Assembly: GCA_964522265.1 (NCBI GenBank)
Contig: CAZFVS010000011.1
Span: forward strand, 1-18,159
Direction of reading: 5' to 3'
From: an uncultured Gammaproteobacteria bacterium
GTDB taxonomy: Bacteria; Patescibacteriota; Microgenomatia; Daviesbacterales; UBA10151
Length of the DNA stretch: 18,159 nt
Below, piece after piece: positions 7,052 to 14,130 of this stretch (its first letter is position 1; each line of letters opens with the position of its first letter). The position numbers and the translations under genes were made by a program. The notes beneath the pieces were generated by a model. It was not told where the DNA came from. It saw only the letters and a program-made list of their open reading frames with translations, and did not search any database.

Positions 7052-8131
7052 TTAGGAGAACTTAGCAAGATCGCTATCTACCATAATACCTATCAGTTCC
7101 CTAAATTTAATCTTCGCTTCCCATCCTAAAATTCTTTTAGCCTTAGCAGGATTTCCCCAAAGCGGAGCATGGCTTGGGCCGGTTTCCAGAGGCCTTAAAA
7201 AATCAGGGTTTCGTATTACATGGTCTCTCCAGTCCAAACCAACATGTTCGAAAGCAACTTCCAAAAGCTCTTTAATACTATGCGTCTCATTGGTAGCTAT
7301 AACAAACTCATCAGGCTCATCTTGCTGCATCATCAGCCACATGGCCTGGACATATTCCTTCGCATAGCCCCAATCCCTTTTGGTATCCAGAGCCCCCATT
7401 TCCAGTTTCCAATCTTTTGTGATAATTGGTTTACCAGCTTCATTTAAGGGGGGGGTTTTTACTTTATTTACAATGCAGGCCACCCCGACTGTTACTTTCC
7501 TGGTTACATATTGCATCCCCCTTCTTGGGCTTTCATGGTTGAATAAAATTCCGCAAACCACAAATAATTTCTCACTACCTTCCCGCAATATCCTGGCGTT
7601 GTGGTGTGCCAGCAGTTTTGCAGCCCCATAAGGGTTATTAGGTTTCATTAAAGTATTTTCATCTTGCGGTGCAACAGGAGGGGCTCCATATAATTCAGAG
7701 GTTGAAGCCTGATATACCCTCACACTACGCCCTGACCGCTTCAATCTTAAGGCAGATTCATAAATCCTCAAAGGGCCAAGTGCGTTTATATCAGAGGTAT
7801 AAACCCTTCTTTTGAAAGAGTCTGCCGGTGATGCCTCCGCACCCAAATTGTAGATTTCATCCGGTTTGAATTCTGAAACAGCAGCTTCAATAGATCTCTC
7901 ATCATCTAAACTTCCTCTGAAAAATTGGATTTCAGAGCGCAAATGATCAACATTGCCTAAATGCCCTGTACTGCTGCTGCGGATAAATCCTCCGACTTCA
8001 TAACCTTTTTCAAGCAAGAACTCCGCCAAGTATGAACCGTCTTGTCCTGTTATTCCGGTAATGAATGCCTTCTTTTTTTGAACAGTTTGAGCAGGTTGGT
8101 TTTTGTTGGAAACATCTCGTTGTTTAACCAT
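7052..8131 (-). CDS. gmd: GDP-mannose 4,6-dehydratase
   Basis: 359-aa ORF. The motifs KKAFITGITGQDGSYLAEFLLEKGYEV, QASTSELYG, NPYGAAKL, ILFNHESPRRG and KRDWGYAKEYV are canonical Gmd motifs. It carries a basic N-terminal extension of about 20 aa and a loop insertion (NKVKTPPLNEAGKPIITKDWK) relative to E. coli Gmd, judged from memory. Confidence 0.9.
   Translation of the reverse strand: MVKQRDVSNKNQPAQTVQKKKAFITGITGQDGSYLAEFLLEKGYEVGGFIRSSSTGHLGNVDHLRSEIQFFRGSLDDERSIEAAVSEFKPDEIYNLGAEASPADSFKRRVYTSDINALGPLRIYESALRLKRSGRSVRVYQASTSELYGAPPVAPQDENTLMKPNNPYGAAKLLAHHNARILREGSEKLFVVCGILFNHESPRRGMQYVTRKVTVGVACIVNKVKTPPLNEAGKPIITKDWKLEMGALDTKRDWGYAKEYVQAMWLMMQQDEPDEFVIATNETHSIKELLEVAFEHVGLDWRDHVIRNPDFLRPLETGPSHAPLWGNPAKAKRILGWEAKIKFRELIGIMVDSDLAKFS
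7448..7455. repeat. G8 homopolymer (C8 on the coding strand) inside gmd
   Basis: Counted directly: catttaaGGGGGGGGttttt. The coding strand reads AAA ACC CCC CCC TTA, encoding KTPPL. It is the longest G/C run in the window. Confidence 0.9.
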
Positions 8132-8152
8132 TAAGTAGTTATATTAAGCTAG

Positions 8153-9043
8153 TTAAGAAAACGTGTCAATCTGTTTTTTAAAAGTCTTGATATTCTCTGC
8201 GTTTGTATGCAAGATCCCATCCCCAAATTTGCTGATGAATTTGGTTACATCCAAAAAACTATATTGCGACCTTGGTGCAATTCTGGTTTTATGGTACTGT
8301 GCAAAAGAGATTTCTCTGATCAACTTTTTATCTAAATTAAACTCCTCCGCTATTTGTTGGGCAAAATCATACGGGGTGGTAAAATCTGTTGAGCCGAGAT
8401 GAAATATGCCCTCTGTTTTACCAGTGATGATCTTGGCCAAAGCATGCGAAATATCATCTATAAATCCCGGAGTTATTTTCTGATTCTTAACTGCCACAAC
8501 TTCTTTTCCCATGCGCAATTGTTCTAAAAAAAATCTGCCTAAGTCTTTTTTCTGGGGGTAATGGCTTCTGTAAGGCATTTCAATTCTGAGAATTGAAAAA
8601 TCACATCCACTACCCTCAATAAACTCATCGGCAAAATGCTTGGTTTTAGCATACCAACCTAACGGGTTTTTTGTATCATCCTCAAGGTACGGACGGTCTT
8701 TTTTCCGACCGTCAAAAACATATGATGTCGAAAAATGAATCAGGAATTTTTTATTTTTTCGGCAAATTTGCGCCAGGTTTTTTGGAGCCAGAGAGTTTAG
8801 TTTATAAATAAACCCATCCTTATCCCCATTTTCTTTTTCTGCACCATCAACATCAGTATAAGCTGCAAGGTTTATAACTGTTTCAGGATTATTTTTTTCA
8901 ATGTAGGATTCCAATTTAGGCAGATCCAAAATATCCAGTTCATAAAGATCAGGCGCTAGAAATTCAAAAAGACCTTTATTAATTTCGGTAAATCTGGATC
9001 CCACTAAACCGCTTTCACCCAAAACCAGGATCTTTTTCTTCAT
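8153..9043 (-). CDS. rfbD: RmlD-family SDR 4-ketoreductase (dTDP-4-dehydrorhamnose reductase-like). The actual substrate is uncertain.
   Basis: The motifs MKKKILVLGESGLVGS, INLAAYTDVDGAE, HFSTSYVFDG, PLGWYAKTKHFAD (YxxxK) and VKNQKITPGFIDDIS follow the RmlD substrate-binding-domain pattern. I prefer the ATG at 9043 (296 aa) over the track start at 9073, because the longer form would overlap the rfbB 3' end by 29 nt and adds no Rossmann sequence. Confidence 0.7.
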   Translation of the reverse strand: MKKKILVLGESGLVGSRFTEINKGLFEFLAPDLYELDILDLPKLESYIEKNNPETVINLAAYTDVDGAEKENGDKDGFIYKLNSLAPKNLAQICRKNKKFLIHFSTSYVFDGRKKDRPYLEDDTKNPLGWYAKTKHFADEFIEGSGCDFSILRIEMPYRSHYPQKKDLGRFFLEQLRMGKEVVAVKNQKITPGFIDDISHALAKIITGKTEGIFHLGSTDFTTPYDFAQQIAEEFNLDKKLIREISFAQYHKTRIAPRSQYSFLDVTKFISKFGDGILHTNAENIKTFKKQIDTFS

Positions 9044-9044
9044 A

Positions 9045-10043
9045 TCAATAACCTTTCTGTGCTTTCCTATCAACCACAGGCCTGGATTTTTTTAAAGGTT
9101 TCCACCACCACATATTTTTTTTATACCACTCGATTGTTAGTTTAAATCCCCTATCAAAATCCATCTGCGGCACAAAGCCCAGTTTTCTTAATTTAGCATC
9201 GTCTATCGCGTACCTAAAATCATGCCCCAGTCTGTGTTCTACAAACTCAATCCATGCCTCATCCTTACCTAAGAGATCAAGGATCTTTTTAGTAATCTCC
9301 ATATTTGTGAGTTCTGTTCCTGAAATTAAATACTTTTCACCAACTGTACCTTTATTTAGAACAAAATCAATCGCCCGGCAATGATCTTCCACATATAACC
9401 ACTCCCTGATATTTTCACCCTTACCCATAAGCGGCACTTTTTTACCCATCAGTAAATTTGTGACAAATCTGGGTATTAATTTTTCAGGATCATGAAACGG
9501 CCCGAAATTGTCTGCACAATTTGTGACAGTTATCGGCAGTCCGTAGGTGATAAAATATGCAATAACTAATTGTTCTGCTCCACTCTTTGAAGCAGCATAT
9601 GGAGACCTGGGGGCAAAATTAGTTTCTTCGGTAAAAGGGGGGTCATCCAAACCCAAACTGCCGTATACCTCATCTGTTGAAATATGGTGAAACCTCTTAA
9701 CTTTATTTTTTAAAGCGCTGTCCAGTAAAACATTTGTTCCCAACACATTAGTTTTGACAAAAATAGTAGGATCTATTATTGACCTGTCGACATGGGTTTC
9801 AGCAGCAAAATGGACTACAATATCCACTCCTTCCATTGATTTTTCAACTATTTTTGCATCACAGATATCACCCTTGATAAATTGATAGTTTGGATTATCC
9901 TGAAAATCTTTTAAGCTTTCAACATGTCCTGCATAAGTCAGTTTATCTAAATTGACAATCCAATCTTTTGGGTGGTTTTTAAACCAGTACCTGATAAAAT
10001 TTGACCCAATAAAACCCGCTCCACCTGTTACAAGTAATTTCAT
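9045..10043 (-). CDS. rfbB: dTDP-glucose 4,6-dehydratase
   Basis: 332-aa ORF with the canonical RmlB motifs MKLLVTGGAGFIGSNFIRY, VHFAAETHVDRS, HISTDEVYG and SPYAASKSGAE. Confidence 0.9.
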   Translation of the reverse strand: MKLLVTGGAGFIGSNFIRYWFKNHPKDWIVNLDKLTYAGHVESLKDFQDNPNYQFIKGDICDAKIVEKSMEGVDIVVHFAAETHVDRSIIDPTIFVKTNVLGTNVLLDSALKNKVKRFHHISTDEVYGSLGLDDPPFTEETNFAPRSPYAASKSGAEQLVIAYFITYGLPITVTNCADNFGPFHDPEKLIPRFVTNLLMGKKVPLMGKGENIREWLYVEDHCRAIDFVLNKGTVGEKYLISGTELTNMEITKKILDLLGKDEAWIEFVEHRLGHDFRYAIDDAKLRKLGFVPQMDFDRGFKLTIEWYKKNMWWWKPLKKSRPVVDRKAQKGY

Positions 10044-10058
10044 TATTAAATATAATTC

Positions 10059-10772
10059 CTATTTCTTGGACCAGAAATTTCCTGCCTCAAGCAAGGTATC
10101 AAAAGTACCTGCATCCCTCCAATAACCCTTCAACATACTCCATTTGAGCTGTCTCTTTTCAATATAAAAATTATTGACATCCGTAATCTCCAATTCCCCT
10201 CTTGTTGATGGTTTAATTTTTTTTATAAAATTAAAGGCTTGATGGTCATAAATATATAGCCCTGTTACGGCAAAATTTGTATCTGGTTTTGCGGGTTTTT
10301 CTGTTATTCTTATAATCTTCGATCCATCTTCGGAGTCAAAGGTTGGTACACCAAAACGCTGCGGATCTGGTACTTCCTTTAAAAAAATCACCCCTCCACT
10401 GTTAAATTCCTGCACATCTTTTGATATATCCGCATCTGTGGTGTTATCCCCTAAAATCACAGTTACACTTTCACCGTCAAGAAAATCCTCCGCCAAAGAC
10501 AGTGCATCTGCAATCCCTCCTTCTTTCTCCTGGTATGCAAATTCCAGATGTTTTATGCCCAAATCACGTCCGTTTCTTAAAATTTGAATAAAATGTCCTG
10601 CATGAGGTCCGCCGACAACAACCATTATCTCTGCAATGCCGGCTTTGATAAGAGTGTTAATGGGATAAAAAATCATCGGTTTATTATAAACCGGAAGAAG
10701 ATGTTTATTGGTAACGTAGGTTAATGGGTATAATCTTGTACCCAATCCCCCTGCCAGTATAACGCCTTTCAT
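10059..10772 (-). CDS. rfbA: Glucose-1-phosphate thymidylyltransferase-like sugar nucleotidyltransferase (short RmlA form)
   Basis: 237-aa ORF. MKGVILAGGLGTRLYPLTYVTNKHLLPVYNKPMIFYP closely parallels the RmlA N-terminus. GGIADAL, VILGDN and EKP are also present. It is shorter than the classic 290-aa RmlA. Confidence 0.75.
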   Translation of the reverse strand: MKGVILAGGLGTRLYPLTYVTNKHLLPVYNKPMIFYPINTLIKAGIAEIMVVVGGPHAGHFIQILRNGRDLGIKHLEFAYQEKEGGIADALSLAEDFLDGESVTVILGDNTTDADISKDVQEFNSGGVIFLKEVPDPQRFGVPTFDSEDGSKIIRITEKPAKPDTNFAVTGLYIYDHQAFNFIKKIKPSTRGELEITDVNNFYIEKRQLKWSMLKGYWRDAGTFDTLLEAGNFWSKK

Positions 10773-11020
10773 ATTATTGTCCCTATAAAAATCACAATCA
10801 CTAAAACAGCTATTAAAATATATTCAATAATAGTCTCTAAAGTCAAACTTTTGTCAAAATAATGGTAGATTAGTGCTAAACTCATATAAATTACCGTTAC
10901 CGAAAAGATCAGTTCTAACTGTATTGTAGTTTTACTACGGAAAATAAAGCTGAGGATGATAATACCCAAACTAAGAGGTATTAGCAAGAAAAAGGCGTTA
11001 ATTTTAATCTTTTTAATCAT
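10769..11020 (-). CDS. Small three-helix membrane protein, function unknown
   Basis: 83-aa ORF, almost entirely hydrophobic. It has ATGA overlaps at both ends (with the CAP-domain gene and with rfbA), which argues it is translated. Confidence 0.6.
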   Translation of the reverse strand: MIKKIKINAFFLLIPLSLGIIILSFIFRSKTTIQLELIFSVTVIYMSLALIYHYFDKSLTLETIIEYILIAVLVIVIFIGTII

Positions 11021-11904
11021 AGTATGGCTCCAATATTTGAGTTTGCTAATGCGCTAGCTGCCACTGTAAGTAATGCCAGATGAGATAAATGTCTTGATGT
11101 AAGCCGGAAAACAGCTCTTTTTTTTAAAACATAAAGGTCCACTGTGATCAGTAATGCAACTAAAAATATCAGGCTAAAACCAAAATTCTTGGTCACCAAG
11201 TATGGGTCCAGTAAAACATTGTTGGATAATATCTCTTTTTGTACTCCTGCCCTGTTAGATTCAGGTACGGTTATAACCTGGCTGCCTGGTATCTTTTGAG
11301 TTGATTCCAATGTCTGCTGAGGAGATTGTGGAATCTGGGCTAACTCTTCGACAGGTGTACCAAACTCCTGAACTACTAAAATAGTAGGCTGGCCGTTTAA
11401 AGTTCCTTCCACCACAGCCATACCGATATTTTTATATTTTGGGTTGATTATGTTATCCCGATGGGTAGTAGATGCCATCCATGCTTCAACCACCTCGCTG
11501 GAGGTGTAGAAATTCCTTGCCAGATTTTCCCCTGCATTGGTAAATTTATAACCGGCTTTTTGTATAAAACCCCAGGGGTCTTTACCCGATGGGGAATAGT
11601 GTGCCCAATAATTTTCAGCAAACATATTTTCAGCCTTTGCTTTTGCAGCTTCATCAAGCCTTGGATCTTCAGTTACAGATGGCAAGCCCAAAGCTTCCCG
11701 TTTAGCATTTGTCAGCTTTATCAGCTCCTGCTGGTTTATATTTGAAGCAATCCCCAAAATCCCCGGCTTTATTGTTGAGACAAGATGCAAACCCATCTGC
11801 AACACAATAAAAATAGCTATGTAAACAGCCAAAGCCGGGGCTGAAATAAGATGGGCTTTTTTATGAGTTTGGGGATGAGGCAAAAAAAGATGTTTCCAGT
11901 TCAC
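11017..11904 (-). CDS. Membrane-anchored CAP/SCP (YkwD-like) domain protein
   Basis: 295-aa ORF with an N-terminal anchor (ISAPALAVYIAIFIVLQMGL). The central segment, NAKREALGLPSVTEDPRLDEAAKAKAENMFAENYWAHYSP ... AGENLARNF ... VVEAWMASTTHRDNIINPKYKNIGMAV, matches the CAP-domain pattern. A Q/P/S-rich linker and two C-terminal hydrophobic helices follow. Confidence 0.75.
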   Translation of the reverse strand: MNWKHLFLPHPQTHKKAHLISAPALAVYIAIFIVLQMGLHLVSTIKPGILGIASNINQQELIKLTNAKREALGLPSVTEDPRLDEAAKAKAENMFAENYWAHYSPSGKDPWGFIQKAGYKFTNAGENLARNFYTSSEVVEAWMASTTHRDNIINPKYKNIGMAVVEGTLNGQPTILVVQEFGTPVEELAQIPQSPQQTLESTQKIPGSQVITVPESNRAGVQKEILSNNVLLDPYLVTKNFGFSLIFLVALLITVDLYVLKKRAVFRLTSRHLSHLALLTVAASALANSNIGAIL

Positions 11905-11920
11905 AACTAAAGTATATCAT

Positions 11921-12223
11921 CTAACCATATAATAACTCCGTCTCCATTTTTTTACCGTTAACAGGAATTCCTAATGCAAACCCTAAGGCATTGGCAACAG
12001 AAACCCCAACCCTGATACCGGTAAAAGAACCGGGACCTGTTGCTACATTAACTCCGGTCAAATCCTGTAAAGATATCCCTGCTTTTTTCAACGCATTTTG
12101 AATAAGAGGAAGTAAGGCTTGAGAACCGAGTTGCTGTTTGCTGACAAGTACTAATTTTGTCTCTTTTAGCGAAACTTCAACCTCCCCCTGTTTTGTTGTG
12201 TTTATCATCAAAGTTGCTTTCAT
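11921..12223 (-). CDS. tsaB: Minimal TsaB/YeaZ-like protein (N-terminal ASKHA subdomain only)
   Basis: 100-aa ORF. GVNVATGPGSFTGIRVGVSVANALGFALGIP is the hallmark TsaB motif. The alignment from memory to E. coli TsaB covers only about its first 100 residues. The next gene starts 16 nt downstream, so there is no room for a frameshifted C-terminal half. Confidence 0.7.
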   Translation of the reverse strand: MKATLMINTTKQGEVEVSLKETKLVLVSKQQLGSQALLPLIQNALKKAGISLQDLTGVNVATGPGSFTGIRVGVSVANALGFALGIPVNGKKMETELLYG

Positions 12224-12242
12224 ACACTTATAGTATTATAAT
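12214..12242 (+). promoter_or_regulatory. Sigma70-like promoter for the efflux operon: -35 TTGCTT (12214-12219), 17-nt spacer, -10 TATAAT (12237-12242)
   Basis: The hexamers and spacing were read directly. The -35 lies inside the first codons of tsaB on the other strand. The predicted 5' UTR is about 14 nt. Confidence 0.4.
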
Positions 12243-12257
12243 TAGCGGCTGCTGGTA

Positions 12258-12285
12258 ATTATATGAAAATTATATCAATTTTCAA
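12258..12285 (-). promoter_or_regulatory. Sigma70-like promoter for tsaB and the downstream minus-strand genes: -35 TTGAAA (12285-12280), 16-nt spacer, -10 TATAAT (12263-12258)
   Basis: Read directly on the minus strand. The -10 overlaps the A of the ATG at 12263. It forms an 8-bp inverted repeat with the plus-strand -10: TATAATTA at 12237-12244 and TAATTATA at 12256-12263. Confidence 0.4.
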
Positions 12286-13354
12286 ACATATCCCTAAAAA
12301 AGTTTTAATCGCCTCTGCTGTTTTTCTTATAATCATCTTCTGGTATGCATCAGCACAGAAACCAAAACAGGTGCAGATGCAATTTGCAAAGGTGAAAACC
12401 GCTGATATTAAATCCCAAGTCTCTGCTTCTGGAATCTTAACCGGTAAACACAGTACCCGTTTAAAATTTAAGTCTTCAGGCAAACTTGCCTATATTAATG
12501 TTAAACAGGGGGATAGGATAAACACCGGACAACTTATTGCAGGCCTTGACACCCAGGATCTCTCCATAGCTTTACGACAAGCCCAAAATACTTATACCGC
12601 TAAAGATGCAACAGCCAAAAATATTGAGGACCAGGTTAAAAACCATGACAGTGATGAAACTTTTGCCCAAAAAGACACCCGGACAGCAGCACAAACAGCC
12701 AGAGATAATGCTTATGATAACCTGAAAGCTGCTGAGCAGGCTGTCCAGGATGCACAGATATTTTCTCCTACTGCCGGTTTGGTAATCCAAACCAGTTTTG
12801 TACCGGGCCAAATTGTTTCCCAGTCAGATATTATTGTTGAAGTATCTGACGATTCAGAAATTTTCTTTGACGCCGATGTTGATGAAGCGGATATCAACAA
12901 AGTTTCCCAAAATCAAACTGCTCAAGTCACATTAAATGCTTATGGCGATAAAGTTTTTAACGGTATTGTTGATGAGATAGTCCCGCAAACTAAAACCTCC
13001 TCCTCAAATGCAACAACTGTGACTGCCAGGATAAAATTGGGCGACAGCGATATAAAATTTATTTCCGGATTAAATGGTCAGGCTTCGATTATTACTGCTG
13101 AGCAAAAAGAGGTTTTAGTCATACCCCAGGATACACTGCGGGATGAAAATACTGTTTTGGTCAAGACATCAAATGGTATCAGGCCTGTTAAAATCACCAC
13201 AGGACTAAAATCCGATAACGATGTTGAGATAAAGTCAGGTTTACACGAGAATGAGGAAGTTGTTGAAAATCCCTCACAGGTAAAAAATAACTTTCAGGGA
13301 TCAAACCCACTATTTAGGATATTCAGAGGTGTATTTAACCCAAGACGTGGATGA
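12263..13354 (+). CDS. HlyD/MacA-type membrane-fusion (periplasmic adaptor) protein
   Basis: 363-aa ORF with an N-terminal anchor (VLIASAVFLIIIFWY). The lipoyl-like halves are VKQGDRINTGQLIAGLD and IFSPTAGLVIQ. An Ala/Gln/Asp-rich helical hairpin lies between them, and a beta-barrel-like C-terminus follows. Confidence 0.8.
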   Translation: MKIISIFKHIPKKVLIASAVFLIIIFWYASAQKPKQVQMQFAKVKTADIKSQVSASGILTGKHSTRLKFKSSGKLAYINVKQGDRINTGQLIAGLDTQDLSIALRQAQNTYTAKDATAKNIEDQVKNHDSDETFAQKDTRTAAQTARDNAYDNLKAAEQAVQDAQIFSPTAGLVIQTSFVPGQIVSQSDIIVEVSDDSEIFFDADVDEADINKVSQNQTAQVTLNAYGDKVFNGIVDEIVPQTKTSSSNATTVTARIKLGDSDIKFISGLNGQASIITAEQKEVLVIPQDTLRDENTVLVKTSNGIRPVKITTGLKSDNDVEIKSGLHENEEVVENPSQVKNNFQGSNPLFRIFRGVFNPRRG

Positions 13355-14022
13355 ACCTGGTTCAACTTACAAATATTAATAAGATTTACCAAACAGATCA
13401 AACTGTTAGTTTTCAGGCCCTAAAAAATATAAATTTATCAGTCCGAAAAGGCGAATTTTTAGCTGTAATCGGTCCCTCCGGCTCAGGCAAATCAACCCTG
13501 ATGAATATAATCGGCCTTTTAGACAGAGCCACATCAGGATCTTACTGCCTGGACGGAATGGATACTACCCATCTGCGCCCGGACACGCTGGCCCGGCTCA
13601 GAAATAAGGAGATCGGATTTGTTTTTCAACAATTTAATCTGCTTGCAAGAACCAGCGCCCTGGCAAATGTAATTTTGCCGCTTATTTATAGCGGCGTCCC
13701 GGAAGGTGAACGCCAAAAAAGGGCAGAAAAGATGCTGGATGCTGTCGGCCTTTCGGAAAAATTAAAATCCCATCCTAGCCAGCTTTCCGGCGGGCAGCAA
13801 CAGAGGGTAGCAATAGCCAGAGCCTTGGTTACCAACCCTGAAATAATTTTAGCTGATGAACCAACCGGAAATCTGGATTCAAAAAGCGGGGCGGAAATAA
13901 TTGAGCTTTTTAAAAAATTAAACCAAGACGGTAAAACGATTATAATAATCACCCATGAAGACAATATTGCAAAACAGGCAAAAAAAATAATACATATTAG
14001 AGATGGAGAAATCATAAAGTAA
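13351..14022 (+). CDS. ABC transporter ATP-binding protein, MacB/LolD-type
   Basis: 223-aa ORF with Walker [11 protein letters not shown]-loop FQQFNL, signature [15 protein letters not shown], Walker B ILADEPT and H-loop ITHE. It has an ATGA overlap with the adaptor gene. Confidence 0.9.
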   Translation: MNLVQLTNINKIYQTDQTVSFQALKNINLSVRKGEFLAVIGPSGSGKSTLMNIIGLLDRATSGSYCLDGMDTTHLRPDTLARLRNKEIGFVFQQFNLLARTSALANVILPLIYSGVPEGERQKRAEKMLDAVGLSEKLKSHPSQLSGGQQQRVAIARALVTNPEIILADEPTGNLDSKSGAEIIELFKKLNQDGKTIIIITHEDNIAKQAKKIIHIRDGEIIK

Positions 14023-14130
14023 TTTATAATTTACAATTTAAAATTTTCATTGAATTTTCAATTAAAAATGTTTAAAAAAATTACAAATTTAATCATTTAT
14101 TGAAAATTGAAAACTAAAAATTAAAAATTT
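14023..14130. promoter_or_regulatory. Extremely AT-rich 108-bp spacer between the ATPase and permease genes. It contains the palindrome ATTGAA-tt-TTCAAT (14049-14062) and a related ATTGAA-aa-TTGAAA (14099-14112).
   Basis: I counted 10 G/C in 108 nt. The palindrome half-sites are exact reverse complements. Several -10-like hexamers are present (TATAAT 14025-14030, TACAAT 14032-14037). Function is unknown. Confidence 0.3.

Noticed and set aside
7220-7631. Plus-strand ORFs of 75 and 83 aa opposite gmd
   Set aside because: They are antisense to a canonical Gmd coding sequence. The same reasoning applies to the other short shadow ORFs in the track: 2163-2351, 3526-3774, 5208-5468, 5559-5771, 8163-8402, 11448-11657, 11461-11745, 12259-12483, 12572-12811, 12712-12900 and 14600-14782.
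9044-9073. Ten-codon N-terminal extension of the RmlD-like ORF (MIGKHRKVID)
   Set aside because: It would overlap the last 29 nt of rfbB. The Rossmann beta1-Gly motif begins right after the internal Met (MKKKILVLGESG). The ATG at 9043 leaves a clean 1-nt gap.
13686-14015. 109-aa antisense ORF, and the 60-aa ORF at 13534-13716, inside the ABC ATPase gene
   Set aside because: Both overlap a gene with complete Walker A/B, Q-loop and signature motifs, and I see no independent support for either.
14068-14103. 11-codon mini-ORF (MFKKITNLIIY) in the AT-rich spacer as a leader peptide
   Set aside because: In 9% GC sequence, ATG...TGA frames of this size arise easily by chance, and nothing else supports translation. 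It is mentioned only under the spacer finding.
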